A program made the position numbers and the translations under genes. This document shows, piece after piece, positions 59,620-64,000 of a stretch of DNA of 64,000 nt (positions within the stretch are counted from its first letter, which is position 1; each line of letters begins with the position of its first letter). The stretch is from positions 178,746,001-178,810,000 of the forward strand of contig OZ024741.1 of NCBI GenBank assembly GCA_964016885.1, in the 5' to 3' direction. The notes beneath the pieces are model-generated. The model saw only the letters and a list, made by a program, of their open reading frames with translations. It did not search any database and was not told the origin of the DNA. Source of the stretch: Eledone cirrhosa (lineage: Eukaryota).

Positions 59620-61881
59620 CTTTTGTCACTCGGTGTAAATGGAAGGTGCATCGGAGCATTTAGTCATCTGTCAAGTCACAACAAGGAACATAGGCCCATA
59701 ACACTTTCCTTAATAAGTGCGCAGCTTCTCACAAGTCTGATTTTTGTATGACACAAATCTTGCATGGAACTCCCACCCACTTTAAGAAGTCTTGGAGTTT
59801 TAATGGGATTGTCCCTAATGTCCCGATCACAATTGATATCACTTTCACATTAGTCTCTCGCATTCTAATTTTGCCATCTCCATTTCCAATTTGGAGTACT
59901 CAAACTCTTTACTCGTAATATTCATGTCATTTGCTATTGCTACGTCTATGATCTAACAGCATTTGTCTTTCTTCTTCAATATGACCATGTCCGATCGGCG
60001 AGTGTCAATTACTCTATCAGTCTGGAAATCATGATCCCAGAATATCGTTACTTTCCCATCTTCATGTATTACTTTACAAAGCTCATACCAATTCTCATAC
60101 CAATTCTCAATTATTTAGTATTCGTATTTACATGACACCCAATTAAGGTACAAGCAGATTTTATCATGGCGGCGCTTGTATTCTTTACAATGAATATGCT
60201 CTCACATTCACATACCAAGGGGGTAACATTTTCCACGTTCTTTCCCTAGCCTCTGGATTTTGGGGTGTCAGAAGATTTGTAGATGTTATACTTCACCAAA
60301 TTGCTAGCAAGAATTTTATCTTGTGCTGAAATTATAAAGCTTTCAGTTGTATACTTCAAATAACCTTGCTTAAGCCATATATATAATGTTGTTTTATCCT
60401 TGATATCCTGTGTATTTCTTTCAAACTGCCTGTGCATACTCATTTTCAGAAGATCTTCTTATCTCTTCTCTTCAGCTTTTTGTTTAAACACTTCCTTACC
60501 AGCCATTTAATCTGCATTAATACATATATCTTCTGCTTCATATTGCAACATCTCTGCGTCATTGTTTAACAAATATTCTGCTAGTACTCTCCTTTCACTT
60601 CTTATACAATAATCTACACTGTTGAGATCTCTGCCGCTATTCTTTTTCTTCGTGTACAATCTGTTTATATAGGCAGTAGGGTATAAAACTCTGAAATATG
60701 GTATTAACTTTCTAGTTTTTCAATCCAACTTTGGTATTTCTTCTCTATTCCACCTGAGGTGGAACATACTATATCTATCTACTGCAACTGCACAGATATT
60801 CATTGTAGTGACTAGATTCCTCGCATTTAGGCTACATTTTAAAATCATTTTCACTCCTTTTAAATATGTCATTCTAACCTTTTCTTTCATTTCTGTATTT
60901 AAAATGTCATCTAGTTCTAAATTCCCTAAATACTTGTGTCCACTATATTCCGGTTTCCTTATGGTTTCTCCCGATGGCAGCTTTAGTCCATTACAGGTTG
61001 TCCCCCTCCCCCCTTTTTTATATTGATCCCAGAGCATTTGGATATCCCAAATTCCATAGCGATATTACTGCTACATATTTGGACTGTTTTGACTAAAAGA
61101 ACTATCTGGTTTTCAGAATTCCTAAACAGTTTCAGATCATCCATAAACAGAAGATGATTTATGAATGGTCATTTCTTTCCACATTGGTAATCCCCATTAA
61201 CTTTCCTAGGTGTCAGGATTATAGGTATAAAGGCAATGACAAATAGTAATGGTGAAGATGAGTCAACTTGGAAGATAACCCTTTAATTTCTACTTCTTCA
61301 AGGAATACAATTCTCCAATACACCTTGATCTTCCCCACTAACATACTGTTTAAAAGAAGATGTGATGTTGTCAGCAAGAGCAAATATCTGCAAGCATTCA
61401 ACAATCCAAGAATGAGGTACCATATCATATGCATTCTTGAAGTCAATCCTGGCTATAAACATGTTGGTATGATGTTTTTTTACAATGCCTTGAAAACGTC
61501 TTATCGATCACCAAGCGATCTTTTAGCCCTCAGATCTTCTACATCCTTTTGTTCCCTTCTTAATGTTCCTTCCGGTAAAAGAAAAGTATATGCTTTCTCC
61601 GCAAATATTTCAAGACAGACTTCCAAGGAGGAAATTGGAAATTGACAGAGAGCACGGTTGATGTGAAGGTTCAGTTGACCAAGGAACTAAACTGGAAAGC
61701 CTCCGGTTCAGATAGGATTCATGGCTTTTGGTTGAAGAGATGCAAAGCTGTTCATGAAAGACTGGCAACTGAATTGAATGAATGTGTCTAGAGAGGTGCA
61801 ATTCATTCTTGGATAGTAACAGGAAGAATAACGCTTATAAAAAGATAGAAAGGGAATACTGTGGGGAAGCTACCTCCTATA
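59620..61881 (-). mobile_element. R4/Dong-like non-LTR retrotransposon (RT + RLE endonuclease), decayed; segment 61610-61881 inverted
   Basis: Minus strand: EQKGCRR, IDFKNAYDMVPHSWI, HLLFMDDLKLF, HKYLG, YKRRHDKI, WDHDFQTDRVIDTRRSDMV, IDVAI, IVIGTLGTIP. 3' end abuts (TGA/TAA)n. Confidence 0.85.
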
Positions 61882-61899
61882 GTATGGCTGAATATAGTT

Positions 61900-62575
61900 G
61901 TCCTCCTCCAATTTGCAAGCCCATTTGCTGGGACCATGCTCTCTCACCCACCTTTCAACAGACTGGTTGGAAGGCAACATTTCCCTCTCCACCCAGATTT
62001 TTCTCTTCGGGTGAAACATGAAGAAGTTAATTAGGGCTTCGCCGAAGAAGAAAGTGCTTGTCTTTAACCCTATCAAGCGCATTCACCACATGACCTCTTT
62101 CGCCATCACCACCAGGCAGATACAAACTGCATGTCCTCCCTCTCTAAAGGAAGACGGTGGAGTGATCTTCACAATGAAGTCAGCTGATAGGCGGATCCGT
62201 CCAATACGTGATAGCAGGTGTTCGGCTAAACCCACAAGTCAGCCATACTCGGACACTTGACGAGTAGGTGCAAGACAGTTTCGTCGCCCTGCGAGCATCT
62301 TAGATAATTCTGGCTGACGGCACTTCTATGCCTGTATAGTTTATCTCAAACTGCCAAAGCTACTCGGTAGCACTACAAGGCCAGCGATTTCTGGAAGTTA
62401 TCCATGGACCCTGGGCTGAAGCACCTCTGGAAAAGAGTGACTAGTTGATTTTCGTCGAGCTCTAGAATCACCCCCAAGAACGTCGTCACACTGACCGCCA
62501 CTAAACCTCTAAAGAAAGGTGTGGTGCAGTTTCCACCGATCGCACAGTATGGTTGGCTGAGAGCGGTGAGCACAT
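61900..62575 (-). mobile_element. Tx1/L1-like LINE ORF2 C-terminal fragment
   Basis: Zinc-knuckle-like RCSQGDETVLHLLVKC, then MAKEVMW and KRKIWVEREML..SVERWV. Confidence 0.65.
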
Positions 62576-62595
62576 GAAGATATTCCAGCTTCCAA

Positions 62596-62812
62596 TAATG
62601 ATTTCTACTATAGGCACAAGACCAACAATTTTGGGGAAGGGAAAAGTCGATTAAATCGACCCCAGTGCGTTACTGGTGCTTTATTTTATCGACCCCGTAA
62701 GAATGAAAGACAAAGCTAACCTCGGCGTGATTTGAACTCAGAACGTAAAGGGCCGTAATACTATTCCGCAAAGCATATTGCCCGACGCTCTACTGATAAT
62801 GCCAATTCACCA
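62596..62812 (-). mobile_element. SINE copy (long variant with gtcgatttaatcgac hairpin)
   Basis: Reverse-complement consensus. Confidence 0.88.
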
Positions 62813-64000
62813 TCAATAATAATAGAACTGCAAGTCACTCCCCACCTAACATTTTGTAAATGATATATTTTCAGAAATGTTGGTAATTCTGTACATTCCA
62901 TTTACTTGAAATGGCAGTCTTGAAGTGATTCCATACTTCCAAGTTTAATCTGTCGGTAGTTCTTCTGAAGTTTTTATATATAGGCTAGTTGTCGGAATTC
63001 AAACAAATAGATTAGCTTTTATGACTTGGAACTATCCACAGATATTCTGAGTGCATTCCACTTCCTTGCAGAATGTTTGTCTAATTCTTTGGCCGAGAAT
63101 CCGTTATAAGCCGTTTTGTTTCGTCTATCGTTTTACATTTCGTTTATTCAATCAACTTTGACTCTTGTCTACTTTACACTTATATTTTTCTATATAAATA
63201 TGTCTTCATATATGACTGTTCTTTATGTTATGGTGTTTTGATTGTTATATTATAACCGGTCCCGGTGCGTTGGTGTTTAGTAACCTAGGCTAGCTCTACT
63301 TTATGTATCCCACTTTCCGAAATAAAATAATTTCAAGTAATAGTTTTGCAAGCTTATTAATCTAGTATTGACACTTCATTTACTTAGTTTTTGATATTTC
63401 TTGCTCTGACCACACCAAGGTAAATATTATGTTTGCATTTTCACTACTCAGTCAACATCTTCAGGCCAAATCATATAACAGATCATAACCCCGTGCAACC
63501 CTCTCTACCGTTTTCAATACTTCGACAATGCTGTTATGCGGCAAAAATGTTAAACGATTGTCTATTGAACGTAGAAAATCATTGTATATTTAATTATACA
63601 AGTTTGTATAAATTGTATAAAACTACGATATTTAAGTTTTAGTAATGCACCTCTCTGAGATGTGTGCTCTAGGCGGTTGCCTAGTTGGTCTTAATGGTAG
63701 TACTGGCCTTGTTTCCAAAACTTATTTTGACTATTTTTAAAGAATATATTTTATCATACCCCCACACCACCCCACCACCCAAACGCATACACACACACAC
63801 TGCAAAGATAATTAAAACTTATAGTTTTAAAATTAAATTGGAATGAATTTTTTTAATGATTTTATTTAATCATTTATTGAATAATTGAAGGTGACAGTTT
63901 TACGAGCAACTACAAATTTGTACCCTTTGATGCTTCCCTCCTTCCTCATTCCTCATCTTCCATTGACACCCCTACCTTCTCATGGAGCTACCAACCTTCT

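Overview
Repeat-saturated, AT-rich animal genomic DNA with no recognisable host protein-coding exon. The abundant (TA)n/(CA)n/(ATGT)n arrays and the tRNA-derived SINE families look like those of a coleoid cephalopod (octopus-like); this assignment is an inference. Almost all ORF-track entries are microsatellite translations. Real coding remnants are all retroelement: a 5'-truncated, frameshifted Neptune-type Penelope-like element (PLE; RT + Cys linker + GIY-YIG, minus strand, ~38.2-41.6 kb), an older decayed PLE (~29.6-31.0 kb), an R4/Dong-like RLE LINE with an inverted 5' segment, and RTE and Tx1/L1-like 3' fragments. Also present are about 25 copies of a Nin/Deu-core SINE, a second SINE family, Helitron-like and MITE remnants, and a 57-bp hairpin-rich satellite. 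The most notable signal is a dense set of type I hammerhead ribozyme motifs (about 6 near-intact, several decayed, several 3' halves). They come from multiple unrelated short element families and sit in 'two-ended' (3'<-->3') insertions bounded by (TA)n. A separate class of (TA)n-centred palindromic duplications of flanking DNA also occurs. All structures were folded by eye and coordinates may be off by a few nt.
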